From positions 160,001 through 224,000 of the forward strand of contig CAVUMN010000004.1 in NCBI GenBank assembly GCA_963742735.1: 64,000 nt of DNA, given 5' to 3'. Made by a program: the position numbers and the translations under genes. Below are positions 46,005-56,017 of the stretch, in pieces (within the stretch, counting starts at the first letter, position 1; every line of letters begins with the position of its first letter). The notes below the pieces were generated by a model. It had not been told where the DNA came from and did not search any database. It saw only the letters and a list, made by a program, of their open reading frames with translations. This DNA is from an uncultured Actinomycetes bacterium. Lineage in GTDB: Bacteria > Actinomycetota > UBA4738 > JBBDTT01.

Positions 46005-46846
46005 GTCGAGCGGCGGCCCGGGACCCGGCGAGCCAGCGCCTTCGCCGCGCGGCGGGGCGGGGCGATCAGGGGGTAGACGCGATTCAGCGCGCGGTTGGTC
46101 CGGGCGAACGCCGACACCTCGCGGGCGAAGGGCTCGCCCCCGGCGGCCACCCGCCCGGCGAACCGATCGGTCGCGTACGCGTACAGCTCCAGGTCGAGAC
46201 GGTTGTGAGCGCGGAGGGCGTCGGCGGTCCGCGCGTCGAGCGCGTTCCGCGGCCGGCCCCGCGTCGGGTTCTGGCGCGTGTAGTACAGGGACCGATGCCA
46301 CCCGAGCGCGTCGCGGAGCAGCATGAGCGTCTCGTCGAAGCGCTCCGAGAGCCCCGCCAGCGCGAAGCGCTCGTCGAGGTTCCGGACGGCCTGCTCCAGG
46401 TGGGCCTCGGTCATCTCGCCGAACGGCACGAACGCCGCGCCCGCGACGAGTCGCACCTGGCCGTTGTCCAGGTCGGCGGCCACGCCGCTCTCCAGATAGG
46501 CCACCAGGTCCCCCGCCACCGCGTGCGCCTTCAGGTCGTGCTCGGGGCGCTCGCGGACCCAGTAGTAGTGCGACACCGCGCGGTCGAGGGGCTCGCGCAG
46601 GAGGGTGATGTACGTGGACGGCCGCGGCAGGAACTCGTGGAGGCCGAACGGCATGTGGCCGCGAAGGAGCCGGATCCGGGCCCGGTCGGCCTCGGGAGAC
46701 GCCTTGAAGGCATCGAGCGTCTCCCAGTCGACTGAGGCGATCTCCTCCGGCCGGTACTGGCGGTCGGTCAGGCTGCGGAGCGTGGTCCCCGCCGTCTTGT
46801 GGATGTGCAGGAAGACGACGGCGTCGCGTGGGGCGGTCGGCGTCAC
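46001..46846 (-). CDS. Sulfotransferase family 2 protein
   Basis: FLHIHKTAGTT, LREPLDRAVS, DNGQVR, GLSERFDET. Confidence 0.85.
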   Translation of the reverse strand: MTPTAPRDAVVFLHIHKTAGTTLRSLTDRQYRPEEIASVDWETLDAFKASPEADRARIRLLRGHMPFGLHEFLPRPSTYITLLREPLDRAVSHYYWVRERPEHDLKAHAVAGDLVAYLESGVAADLDNGQVRLVAGAAFVPFGEMTEAHLEQAVRNLDERFALAGLSERFDETLMLLRDALGWHRSLYYTRQNPTRGRPRNALDARTADALRAHNRLDLELYAYATDRFAGRVAAGGEPFAREVSAFARTNRALNRVYPLIAPPRRAAKALARRVPGRRST

Positions 46847-46881
46847 GGGCCGAGTGTAGGCGGCGTCTACGATGCGGTCCT

Positions 46882-48363
46882 ATGGGTCGGGCGATCGTGG
46901 TGGGTCTGGACGGGGCGACCTGGGACGTCCTGGACCCGCTCATGGAGCGCGGCCTGATGCCCAACCTCCGCCGGCTCGCCGGCTCCGGCGCGCGCGCGCC
47001 GCTGGCCTCGACGCTGCCGAGCTGGACCCCGCCCGGGTGGACCTCGATCGCCACCGGCCTGAACCCGGGCAACCACGGGATCCTCTACGCGGCCACGGTG
47101 CTCCCGGGCGAGTATCCGGGCGCCGCGGTGGGCGGGGTTCCCGGGCGGCCGCTCTCGGCCCTCGACGTGCACGGCGCGCCGCTGTGGCGGGCCGCCTCGG
47201 CCGCCGGCCGGCGTACCTGCGTGCTGCTGGTTCCCCTCACCTACCCGCCCGAGCCGCTGAACGGCACGCTCGTCGCGGGCATGTTCCGTCCTCGGGAGGC
47301 GTCGGATTACGTGCACCCCGCGTCGGAGGCGGCCGCGCCCGAGCGATGGCGGTTCGACCCGGAGTCGGTGCTGCGCGGGGGCGACGCCCGCGAGGACGAC
47401 CCCGGCGAGGTGGTCCGCGACCTCCGGGCCATCACCGAGGAGAACGCCCGGACCTTCGCCGAGCAGCTCGCCCGCGAGCCGTGGGACCTGTTCTTCGCGG
47501 TGTTCATGGCTCCGGACCGGCTGTCGCACTACGTGTGGGACCGGATGACGGACCCCGACCCGTCGGACCCCCTGGACGCCGACATCATCGGTACGTTCGC
47601 CGCGATCGATGGCTTCCTGGGGCGGGCGGCCGAGGAGCGCGACGCGACGATCGTGCTCGTCTCGGATCACGGGTCCGGATCCGCGCCGGTCGACCGGGTG
47701 AACGTGATCCGCGTCCTGGAGGAGGCCGGCCTGTGGGCGGCGGACTGGGAGCGGACCGCCGTCTTCCCGCTGTTCAGCGGCGACCTGCACATGGTGGGCC
47801 TCGCCGCGAACGAGACGGGCCGGTGGCCCCACGGCTCGATCCCACCGGAGCGCGCCGGCGGGGTCCTCGACGTCGCGGAGCGCGCCCTGTTGGCGGTGCG
47901 TGGGGACGACGGGGCCCCGGTGGTGACGCGGGTCCACCGCGACGTCTACCGGGGGCCGTTCTCGGGCGCGTTCGCCGACCGGATTGCCGAGCTCGACCCG
48001 CGGTACATGGCGACGGGGAGCTCGGGCGGGCCGATGTTCGAGCCACACCGCGACCCCGCGACGTCATGGGGTGGCCACCGCCGCGACGGGATCCTGCTGC
48101 TCTCCGGGTCGGGGGTCCGGTCGGGCGCCCTCTCGGGCACGCCCGGCGTCGAGGACGTCGCTCCCACGGTCATGGCCCTGCTCGGCCTGGCGTTCGCCGA
48201 CCCGGTGGACGGAAGGGTCCTCGACGAGGTGCTGGCGCCGGCGGAGGTTCAGCCGGCGCCTCGCGTGCCGGCATCACGCCACGGGCCGGCCGCCGCCGGT
48301 GTGACGCCCGGCGAGGAGACCGAGATCGAGGGGATGCTCCGCGGGTTGGGCTACATCGAGTAG
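46882..48363 (+). CDS. Alkaline phosphatase superfamily (type I phosphodiesterase-like) protein
   Basis: VGLDGATW, STLPSWTPPGWTS, DRLSH, VSDHG, GHRRDG, LRGLGY. Confidence 0.85.
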   Translation: MGRAIVVGLDGATWDVLDPLMERGLMPNLRRLAGSGARAPLASTLPSWTPPGWTSIATGLNPGNHGILYAATVLPGEYPGAAVGGVPGRPLSALDVHGAPLWRAASAAGRRTCVLLVPLTYPPEPLNGTLVAGMFRPREASDYVHPASEAAAPERWRFDPESVLRGGDAREDDPGEVVRDLRAITEENARTFAEQLAREPWDLFFAVFMAPDRLSHYVWDRMTDPDPSDPLDADIIGTFAAIDGFLGRAAEERDATIVLVSDHGSGSAPVDRVNVIRVLEEAGLWAADWERTAVFPLFSGDLHMVGLAANETGRWPHGSIPPERAGGVLDVAERALLAVRGDDGAPVVTRVHRDVYRGPFSGAFADRIAELDPRYMATGSSGGPMFEPHRDPATSWGGHRRDGILLLSGSGVRSGALSGTPGVEDVAPTVMALLGLAFADPVDGRVLDEVLAPAEVQPAPRVPASRHGPAAAGVTPGEETEIEGMLRGLGYIE

Positions 48364-48381
48364 CGGTAGGCTCGCGAGGAG

Positions 48382-48680
48382 ATGGCCCGCCGCCTCGCCC
48401 TCCTGAGCTGGTCGCCGTCCGCGCCGCCGTCATCCGGGCGACCACGGACACCGGATCGGTCGACGCCTCGCTGGTCACGCCGGCGAGGGCGCTGACCGGC
48501 CTCGGCGACAACGGCGACGTGAGCTTCCGGGTCCCGGCGGGGCGCTACGCGGTCACCGCGGCGGCCGACCTGGGCGACGTGGTCATCCGCGGGATCACCC
48601 GCGACCGCCGAGCCGCGCGGACGATCGTCGCCCGCGCCGACGTCGGCGACGTGTCGATCTCCCGCCTGCGGGCCAGCTAG
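48382..48680 (+). pseudogene. Internally deleted DUF4097-like beta-repeat gene
   Basis: RBS plus ATG (MARRLALL) is out of frame with the downstream TDTGSV..DNGDV..DLGDV..DVGDV repeats. Confidence 0.5.
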
Positions 48681-48692
48681 CCGCCGCCTGCT

Positions 48693-49451
48693 TCAGGGCC
48701 CGAACGGGGAACGGCGCACGGCCAGGATCGCGGTGTTCATCCCCAGCTGACGTCCCGCCCGGCGCCCGGGGGCCAGCGGTCCCTCGCCGAGCCGGCGGAA
48801 GGCGCGCTCGCCGATGCCGGACGACGCCACCTTCGCGAACCAGCCGGCCCCGCCGGCGAGGCCCAGGCCGGGGTCCAGCCCCTCCTCCCACAGGATCTCG
48901 TACCAGGGCGCGATCGCCGCGCGCAGACGGCCCCGGGTCATGAACGCCTCGAACCCGCCGATGTGCGCGCCCCAGGGGTTCCAGTCGTGGCGGCCCGATC
49001 GCCAGTCGCGCCACAGCTTGCGCAGGCCGGCGCCGTTCGCGTAGTTCGGCGCGGTCACGAACAGCAGGCCGCCGGGTCGCGTTACCCGGCCCGCCTCGGC
49101 GACGACCGAGTTGGGGTCGCGGACGTGCTCGAGGACCTCGGTGATGACCACCAGGCCGAACGCGCCGTCGCGGAACGGCAGCCGCCCCCCGTCCGCCCCG
49201 GCCACGCCCACCTGCGGGTGCGCGGCCCGGGCCTCGCGGAGGGCGCGGATGGAGAGGTCGACGCCGGTGGTGTCGAGGCCCCGCCCGGTGAGCGTGGGCA
49301 GGTTGCCCCCGACGCCGCAGCCGATCTCGAGGGCCGGTCCGGCCGGGCGACGGTCGTCGAGGGCCCGTCCGAGACGCCACGGCACGTAGCCCGGCGCGGT
49401 GTGGTCTCCGCGCAGGCTGTGGTGGCGATAGAAGGCAGCGGGGTCGCTCAT
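48693..49451 (-). CDS. Class I SAM methyltransferase
   Basis: LEIGCGVG, LPFRDG, EVLEHV, RPGG. Confidence 0.85.
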   Translation of the reverse strand: MSDPAAFYRHHSLRGDHTAPGYVPWRLGRALDDRRPAGPALEIGCGVGGNLPTLTGRGLDTTGVDLSIRALREARAAHPQVGVAGADGGRLPFRDGAFGLVVITEVLEHVRDPNSVVAEAGRVTRPGGLLFVTAPNYANGAGLRKLWRDWRSGRHDWNPWGAHIGGFEAFMTRGRLRAAIAPWYEILWEEGLDPGLGLAGGAGWFAKVASSGIGERAFRRLGEGPLAPGRRAGRQLGMNTAILAVRRSPFGP

Positions 49452-49497
49452 CGGCACGTGGGAGGGGCTGGGGAGCGCCGATGATACCCTCGGCCGC

Positions 49498-50439
49498 GTG
49501 CCTCCCGGCCTCCTCTCCGTGGTGATCCCGACGTACAACCGCGCCCCGTCACTGGACGCGCTGCTCCGCTCGCTGGCCTCCCAGCGCGACCCGGGGGCGT
49601 TCGAGGTCCTCGCCGTCGACGACGGGTCGACCGACGACACGCCCGCCGTCGCCACGCGCTGGATGGACGACGCGACGTTCGCGTTCGAGTACGTCCCGCT
49701 CCAGCACCGAGGGCCGGCCGGCGTCCGCAACGAGGGCCTGCGCCGGGCCCGCGGGGAGATCGTCGTCTTCATCGACGACGACGAGCTCGCCGACGCGGGG
49801 CTCCTCGCCGCGCACCGCGCCGCCCACGAGGCCCACCCCGGCGCGAACCAGGCCGTGCTGGGGCTGGTCGACTGGGCGCCCGGTGTTCGGATCACCCGGT
49901 TCATCCGGTGGCTCGACCGCAGCGGCCTCCAGTTCAACTTCCCGTTCCTCGAGCCCGGCCGGATCCGGCCGGTGTACGGGTCCTTCGTGACCGCGAACCT
50001 GTCGGTCAAGCGCTCGTTCCTGCTCGAGCGGGGGCTGCTGTTCGACGAGCGGTTCCCGTATCCGGCGTTCGAGGACACCGAGCTCGGCTGGCGGCTCGAG
50101 AACGAGGGCTACGAGCTCTACTACCACCCGGAGGCCCTCGCCCTGCACGCCCGGCAGTTCGACCTGCGGGGGTTCGCGGCGCGGATGGAACGCGTCGGCG
50201 AGTCGGCGCCGCTGTTCCAGCAGGCGCGCCCGGACTTCCCGTTCGAGGAGGGCTACTTCCGTCGAGGACCCCTCGGATGGAAGGCATGGGCGGTGCGGCT
50301 GGGCGCGCCGTGGCTGCGCGCGTTCGGGCCCGACCGGCTGGCCGGCCGGTACTACGACGACGTGGCCCACCGCGCGTACACCCGGGGTGTGGCTCGCGCG
50401 CGAACCGGTGGGTTGGCGGGCGATTCGCCACCCCGGTAG
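49498..50439 (+). CDS. Glycosyltransferase family 2
   Basis: SVVIPTYNR, VDDGSTD, FIDDD, FEDTELG. Confidence 0.9.
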   Translation: MPPGLLSVVIPTYNRAPSLDALLRSLASQRDPGAFEVLAVDDGSTDDTPAVATRWMDDATFAFEYVPLQHRGPAGVRNEGLRRARGEIVVFIDDDELADAGLLAAHRAAHEAHPGANQAVLGLVDWAPGVRITRFIRWLDRSGLQFNFPFLEPGRIRPVYGSFVTANLSVKRSFLLERGLLFDERFPYPAFEDTELGWRLENEGYELYYHPEALALHARQFDLRGFAARMERVGESAPLFQQARPDFPFEEGYFRRGPLGWKAWAVRLGAPWLRAFGPDRLAGRYYDDVAHRAYTRGVARARTGGLAGDSPPR

Positions 50440-50452
50440 GCTCGCCGGCGTT

Positions 50453-51274
50453 GTGATCGACGTCGAGGCCCTCCGGTCTCGAGTCGAGGCGCAGACGTGG
50501 TACCACACGATTGAGGTCATGCCCGGCGTGCCCACGCCCGGCATGTTCGACCACCGCCCGACGATCGACCGGGTTCCGCTGCCGGCCTCGCTCGATGGAA
50601 AGCGCTGCCTCGACGTGGGCACCCACGACGGATTCTGGGCCTTCGAGATGGAGCGCCGGGGCGCCGCCGAGGTCGTCGCGCTCGACCTGGACGACGTCGA
50701 ACGCCGTGACTGGCCCTCGAGCGTCCGCGAGAGCGGGCCCGCCCGCCTGCGCGAGTGGGGATGGGTCCCCGGCCCCGCCTTCCACCTGGCGCACGAGGCC
50801 CTCGATTCGAAGGTGCAGCGGCGGGACGTGAGCATCTACGACGTCTCGGCCGACGGCCTCGGAACCTTCGACGTGGTGTTCATGGGGAGCCTGATCCTGC
50901 ACCTGCGGGACCCGATCCGTGCCCTGGAGGCGGTCCGGTCGGTCGTCGGCGAGACGTTCGTGATGGCCGAGGCGATCGACCCGCGCGTTCAGCTCGGGAT
51001 GCGATCGACGCCGGCCGCGCGCTTCGACGGTCTGGGGTTCGATCAGCAGTGGTGGACGCCGAATCGCGCCGGACTCGCTCGTATGGTGACGTCGGCGGGC
51101 TTCCGCGTCCTGGAGCTGACCAAGCCGTACGTGGTTTCGTTCGGGCGCAGTGGCTGGGTTCGCCGGGGGAAGCTGCGGCACCGAGTGCGGAACCTCCTCG
51201 CCGCCGGCGCCCCCCGGTTCGGGGTGGTGCACACGGCGCTGCGGGCCGAGCCGGCCGGGCCGCGGGGAGCCTGA
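50453..51274 (+). CDS. SAM methyltransferase (CmoB/DUF1698-like)
   Basis: WYHTIE, LDVGTHDGFWAFE, FDVVFMGSLILHLRDP, WWTPN. Confidence 0.8.
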   Translation: MIDVEALRSRVEAQTWYHTIEVMPGVPTPGMFDHRPTIDRVPLPASLDGKRCLDVGTHDGFWAFEMERRGAAEVVALDLDDVERRDWPSSVRESGPARLREWGWVPGPAFHLAHEALDSKVQRRDVSIYDVSADGLGTFDVVFMGSLILHLRDPIRALEAVRSVVGETFVMAEAIDPRVQLGMRSTPAARFDGLGFDQQWWTPNRAGLARMVTSAGFRVLELTKPYVVSFGRSGWVRRGKLRHRVRNLLAAGAPRFGVVHTALRAEPAGPRGA

Positions 51275-51305
51275 CCCGCCGGCGATCCGCCTACCATCCT
51301 GCCGG

Positions 51306-52247
51306 ATGGATCTCGCTCTGGTCTCGTGGAACACGCGTGAGGATCTCCGGCGGGCCCTTGCCTCGGTGCGGCGCCACGGCGGGGACCGGCGCGTGGTGGT
51401 GGTCGACAACGCCTCCACCGACGGGACGCCCGACATGGTCGCCGCCGAGTTTCCCGAAGTTCGGCTGATCGCCGAGACGGAGAACCGGGGGTTCGCGGCC
51501 GGCGCGAACCGCGCCCTGGACGCGGCCGGCGACGCCGACGTCCTGCTCCTGAACGCCGACGTCGAGCTGACCTCCGGCGCCGCCGAGCGGCTGGAGGCGG
51601 CGCTCGGCGAGCGTCCACGCGCCGCCGCGATCGGTCCCCGGCTGGTCCACGAGGACGGCTCGGCCCAGCACTCCGCCTATCGCTTTCCCACCCTCGGGAT
51701 CGCCGCGTGGCTGAACTCCGGGCTGTGGCGGCTCCGGTCCGACGCCTGGCAGCGCGAGCACCTGCTGGAGACGAGCCCCCAGCCGGCAGCCGCGGCCCGC
51801 GTGGACTGGGTGATCGGGGCGGCGCTGGCCATCCGGCGCTCGGCGCTGGCCGAGGTCGGCGGGCTGGAGGAGTCGTTCTTCATGTACGCCGAGGACCTGG
51901 AGTGGTGCCACCGGGCGGCGACGGCCGGGTGGGAGATCTGGTACGAGCCCTCGGCGACCGTCATGCACCTCGGGAACCGCAGCGGGGCGCAGGCGTTCGG
52001 GCCGGGACGGACCGCGGCCTGGCTGCAGAGCACCTACGCCTTCGCGCGGCAGGCCCACGGCCCGGCGTGGGCGCGGGCGTACTTCGCCCTGAACGCCACC
52101 GGCACCGGCGCCCGCTACGTCGCGGCCCGGGCGCGGCATGCCGTGGCGCCCTCGGACGCGTCCCGGCGCGCGCTGGCGACATGGCGCCCGCACGTGGCGT
52201 ACCACCTTCGCGGTGCGCGGCCGCTGCAGGGCCGGGCCCCACGATGA
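51306..52247 (+). CDS. Glycosyltransferase family 2 (WbbL-like)
   Basis: VSWNT, VDNASTDGT, NRGFA, LNAD, FFMYAEDLEWC. Confidence 0.9.
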   Translation: MDLALVSWNTREDLRRALASVRRHGGDRRVVVVDNASTDGTPDMVAAEFPEVRLIAETENRGFAAGANRALDAAGDADVLLLNADVELTSGAAERLEAALGERPRAAAIGPRLVHEDGSAQHSAYRFPTLGIAAWLNSGLWRLRSDAWQREHLLETSPQPAAAARVDWVIGAALAIRRSALAEVGGLEESFFMYAEDLEWCHRAATAGWEIWYEPSATVMHLGNRSGAQAFGPGRTAAWLQSTYAFARQAHGPAWARAYFALNATGTGARYVAARARHAVAPSDASRRALATWRPHVAYHLRGARPLQGRAPR

Positions 52248-53130
52248 GGCGGCGGCTGGCCGTGGCCGCGATCGCCGTCTGGACGGTGACCTACCTGCGC
52301 CACGAGCGCGGCGTACGGGACCGTTCCGGACGAGCGCGAGCCCGGCTGGGCGTGCGAGATCCGGCCGCGGTGCGACGCGCCCTCGAGGTCCGCGCGGGCG
52401 AGGCGGACGGGAGGCGCTCGGTGCTGGAGCCCGACGTCCGCCGGCTCGCCCGCGAGGCCGGGATGACCGTGGTCGCCGGATGCGGGGACGGCTCGCTGCT
52501 GGAGCTCGTCCCGGCCACGGCGGGGGCGGTGGGCCTGGACCTGGCCCACGCGGCCGTCCGCCCGGCGGCGAAGGCCCGGGGTGGCGGAGCCCGGGCGTTC
52601 CTCCAGGCCGATGCGGCGCGGTTGCCGCTGCGCGACGGCGCGGCGGATCTGGTCGTCCTCGAATGCGTCGGGAGGATGGAGCGCCCCGAGGACGCGGTGT
52701 GGGAGGCCGCCCGGGTCCTGCGGCCCGGCGGGCGGCTGGTCCTCCAGGCCCCGAACGCCTGCCGCGCGCCCGCGGTTCGTCCGCTCACCCACCCGTTCGT
52801 GTGGGTCGCCCGGGCCCTCGGCGCCAGCCGGCCGTGGCTCGTCCCGGGCAGAGGATGGACCGAGCCCCGGCCGATCGACCGCGACCTGCGATCGGACCCG
52901 GACGGGCCGGACGCATGGCTGCCCTCCATCGAACACGTCCCCCAGGAGCTCGTCTGGCTCCTTCGCTCCGCGGGGTTCCGTGAGCCGCGCTGGCGGAGCA
53001 CGGGACGGGCGCGGGCCGGCTTCCGCTGCTCGACCGCCTGGGCGAGCGCCTGATCGTCGAGGCCACGCTGACCGCCGCCCCCGTCTCGGCCGTGCCGCCG
53101 CTGGGGATCTGGCCGGGGGCGACGGGGTAG
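52244..53130 (+). CDS. SAM methyltransferase with probable frameshift near 53010
   Basis: GCGDG, QADAARLPL, RVLRPGG; the in-frame stop is 53053 but a plausible C-terminus (LPLLDRLGERLIVEA) continues in another frame to 53130. Confidence 0.6.
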
Positions 53131-53132
53131 CC

Positions 53133-54341
53133 GTGCGCATCCTGGTGCTCTCGGCGTGGTACCCGCCCCACCACCTGGGGGGCTACGAGCTGGCGGCCGA
53201 GAGCGCCGTGCGGGGGCTGCGGGAACGCGGTCACGAGCTGCGGGTTCTGACCAGCAGGTTCCAGACCGCGAACGGCCACGGCAAGCCGGACGAGGCCCGG
53301 CGGGAGCTCAACCTGTTCTGGGAGGACGGTCGGTGGCGCCGGCCCGGCCTGCGGGGCGCGATCCGCGCGGCACGAGAGGACCTCTACGCGTTCGACCGCG
53401 AGGTCGACGCCTTCGAACCCGACCTGCTGTGGGTCTGGCACATGGCCGGGGTCTCGAAGGTCCTGCTGTCCGAGGCGTACGCCCGGAGGCTTCCCTACGT
53501 CCTGTCGTTCCTGGACGTGTGGCCGATCTACGACCTGCCCCCCGACCCGTGGCTGCGCTGGTGCCGCGGACCCCGAGCGCCCCTCGGGCGCACGATCGGG
53601 ATGGCTCGGGGACTCCCGACGCGGTCGCCCGCGCTGGCGGAGGACGCCGCCGACGCCTCCTACTGCTCGGCCTGGCTGCAGCGGGTGCTGGCCGGCCATG
53701 GCCACGCGCCCGAGGGCCGGGTGATCTACCCGGGCATCGATCCCGCGCGGTTCTCGGCCGCGCCGCCCTCCGGCCGGCCGGTCAGGCGATTCCTGCAGGT
53801 CGGGGCGGGTCAAGCCGCGCAAGGGTCCCGCGATCGCCGTGGAGGCCCTCGCGAAGCTGCACGCCGCCGGCTACGACGACGCGACGCTGACCCTCGCCGG
53901 CTCCGCGGAGGCGGGCTCACGACGAGGAGCTCCGGACGCTGGCGGCACGGCTCGGGATCGGCGACGCCGTCCGGCTGACGGGGCCGGTGTCGCACGAGGA
54001 CCTCCCGCGGCTCTACGCCGTGCACGACGCGGCCATCCACGCGGCGACCTGGCAGCGAGCCGTTCGGGCCGTCCTGGTCGAGGCGCTGGCCAGTGGGCGC
54101 CCGCTGGTGTGCTCGCCGACCGGCGGAGCGCAGGAGATCATCACCCCCGGCGTCGACGCCCTGACGTCGAGGCGGGCGACTCCGCGGCGTGCGCGACCGA
54201 GATGGAGGCGCTCGTCGCGGACCCGGCGCTCGCCGGCCCGGCTGGTCGAGGCCGGCCTGCGCACCGCCGCCCGGTTCACCGAGGACCGGGCCGCGGCCGA
54301 GCACGAGGCGCGGCTCCTGGAGGTGCGTCGGCCGTGGGTGA
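53133..54341 (+). pseudogene. Glycosyltransferase family 4, multiply frameshifted
   Basis: RILVLSAWYPPHHLGGYE; GRVKPRKG split by an indel near 53805; VLVEALASGRP..GGAQEI in another frame. Confidence 0.75.
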
Positions 54342-55330
54342 GCGCGCCGCGGGTCTCGGTGATCGTGCCGGTCCGGGACCAGCGGGAGGCTGCCCTGCTT
54401 CGAACGATCGAGGCGCTTCGGGGCACAGACCTATCCGGCGGAGGCGTTCGAGAAGGTGATCGTGGTGGACGACGCATCGACGGACGGAACGCCCGAGGCG
54501 GCGGAGGCGGCGGCCGGATGCCCTGGACCTGCGCGTCGAACGGCGCCCAGCGTCGGGGCCGTGGCGGGCCCGCGCAACCGCGGGGGGCCGACGTGGCCCG
54601 CGGCGAGGTCCTGGCGTTCACCGACTCGGGACTGCCGGCCCACGCCGGGTGGCTGGCCGCGGCCATGTTCCACGCTGGAGGCCGCCAACGCCATCCAGGG
54701 CCTGACCGTGGCCGACCCGGCCATGCACCGGGGCCCGCTGCATCGGACCGTGGAGGCGGGCGGCGGCTTCCGGCCTGTTCGACTCCTGCAACCTGTTGCC
54801 GTCCGGGGCGAGGCGTTCCGGGCCGTCGGGGGGTTCGACGGGGCCTTCGCCCGTCGCATCCGCGTCCCGCGCTCGACGGGCCAGATCGACTACGGCTTCG
54901 GCGAGGACACCGATCTGGCGGTGGCGGATGATCCGCGCGGGACTGCGCCTGGAGTTCGAGCCGCGGCGCTGGTGCACCACCACGTGTTCCCCCGGACCTC
55001 GGCGAGTCGATCGGGCGGATGTGGCTCGTGGGGGCGTTCCCCAGCCTGGTCCGCGAGTTCCCCGAGCTCCGGGAACGGCTCCTGAAGCACCGCGTGTTCC
55101 TGACGGAGGACCGGCCGTACGTTTGGCTGGCCCTCGCCGGCCTCTGGCTGGCGCGGCGGCGCCCCGCCGCCCTCGCTCTGGCGCTGCCCTACGCGTACCG
55201 GAAGGTCTCGCGGGGCCACGGGGGGCGGCGCGACCGGGTGCGAGCGCTGCCCGCGCAGGCGCTCCTGGACGCCGTGGCGACGGCGGGGCTGGTGGTGGGC
55301 TCGGTGCGCGCCCGCCGGGTGGTGCTCTAG
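54338..55330 (+). pseudogene. Glycosyltransferase family 2, multiply frameshifted
   Basis: VSVIVPVRD, VIVVDDASTDGT, ARGEVLAFTDS and GEDTDL lie in different frames. Confidence 0.75.
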
Positions 55331-55965
55331 GCGCCCGCCTCTCGCTTGGCTCGCTCTCGGACGTCTCCCACCACGCGGGCGGGCGAGCCGACGGCGATCG
55401 AGAAGTCGGGGATCGATCCCTTGACCACGCTGTTCGTGCCGATCACGCACTGCCGCCCGATGTCGGCGCCGCGCAGGATGGCCACCCGGTCGCCGATCCA
55501 GGTCCCCCGGCCGATGCGGATCGGGCTCGTGTGCCAGGCCTGGCTCCAGGTGATGTTCTCGCCCTCGTCGCCGCGCAGCACGTGGTCGTTGTCGATGATC
55601 GTCGAGAACGCCCCGATGGCCACGTCGTCCTCGAGGGTCACGGACTCCGCGCAGGAGATCGTGCAATACGGCCGCAGGACGACCCCGTTGCCGATGCGCA
55701 ACGCGGGCTCGGGGTTCGGCCAGGCGGGGCGCTCCACCGACAGCCAGGCGCCCCACAGGATGAACACGCGCTCGCCGATGTCGATGTGCCGGGGCCCGTA
55801 CAGCCACTTCGGGCGGTCGAGGACCGAACCGTCGCCGAAGCCGGCGAACCGCATCCGCCAGAACGGGCGGGTGAGCGCGCCACGCAGGCGGAACCGGGCG
55901 AAGGGCTCGTCGTACATGAACCGCGCCCAGCCCGTCGGGCCGCGGTATTCGGGTGGCCGGCTCAT
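55327..55965 (-). CDS. Hexapeptide-repeat (LbH) acyltransferase
   Basis: IDNDH, IRIGRGTWIG, IGTNSVV, VGSPARVV. Confidence 0.88.
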   Translation of the reverse strand: MSRPPEYRGPTGWARFMYDEPFARFRLRGALTRPFWRMRFAGFGDGSVLDRPKWLYGPRHIDIGERVFILWGAWLSVERPAWPNPEPALRIGNGVVLRPYCTISCAESVTLEDDVAIGAFSTIIDNDHVLRGDEGENITWSQAWHTSPIRIGRGTWIGDRVAILRGADIGRQCVIGTNSVVKGSIPDFSIAVGSPARVVGDVRERAKREAGA

Positions 55966-56017
55966 CGTGCCCGGATGCTATGCCGCCCGGCGTGCCACCG
56001 CCCGAGAAGCCTGAGCC

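Noticed and set aside
53987-54931. Apparent GT4-GT2 fusion ORF
   Set aside because: Lies in the indel-rich zone; a GTGA stop/start overlap at 54338-54341 suggests two separate genes.
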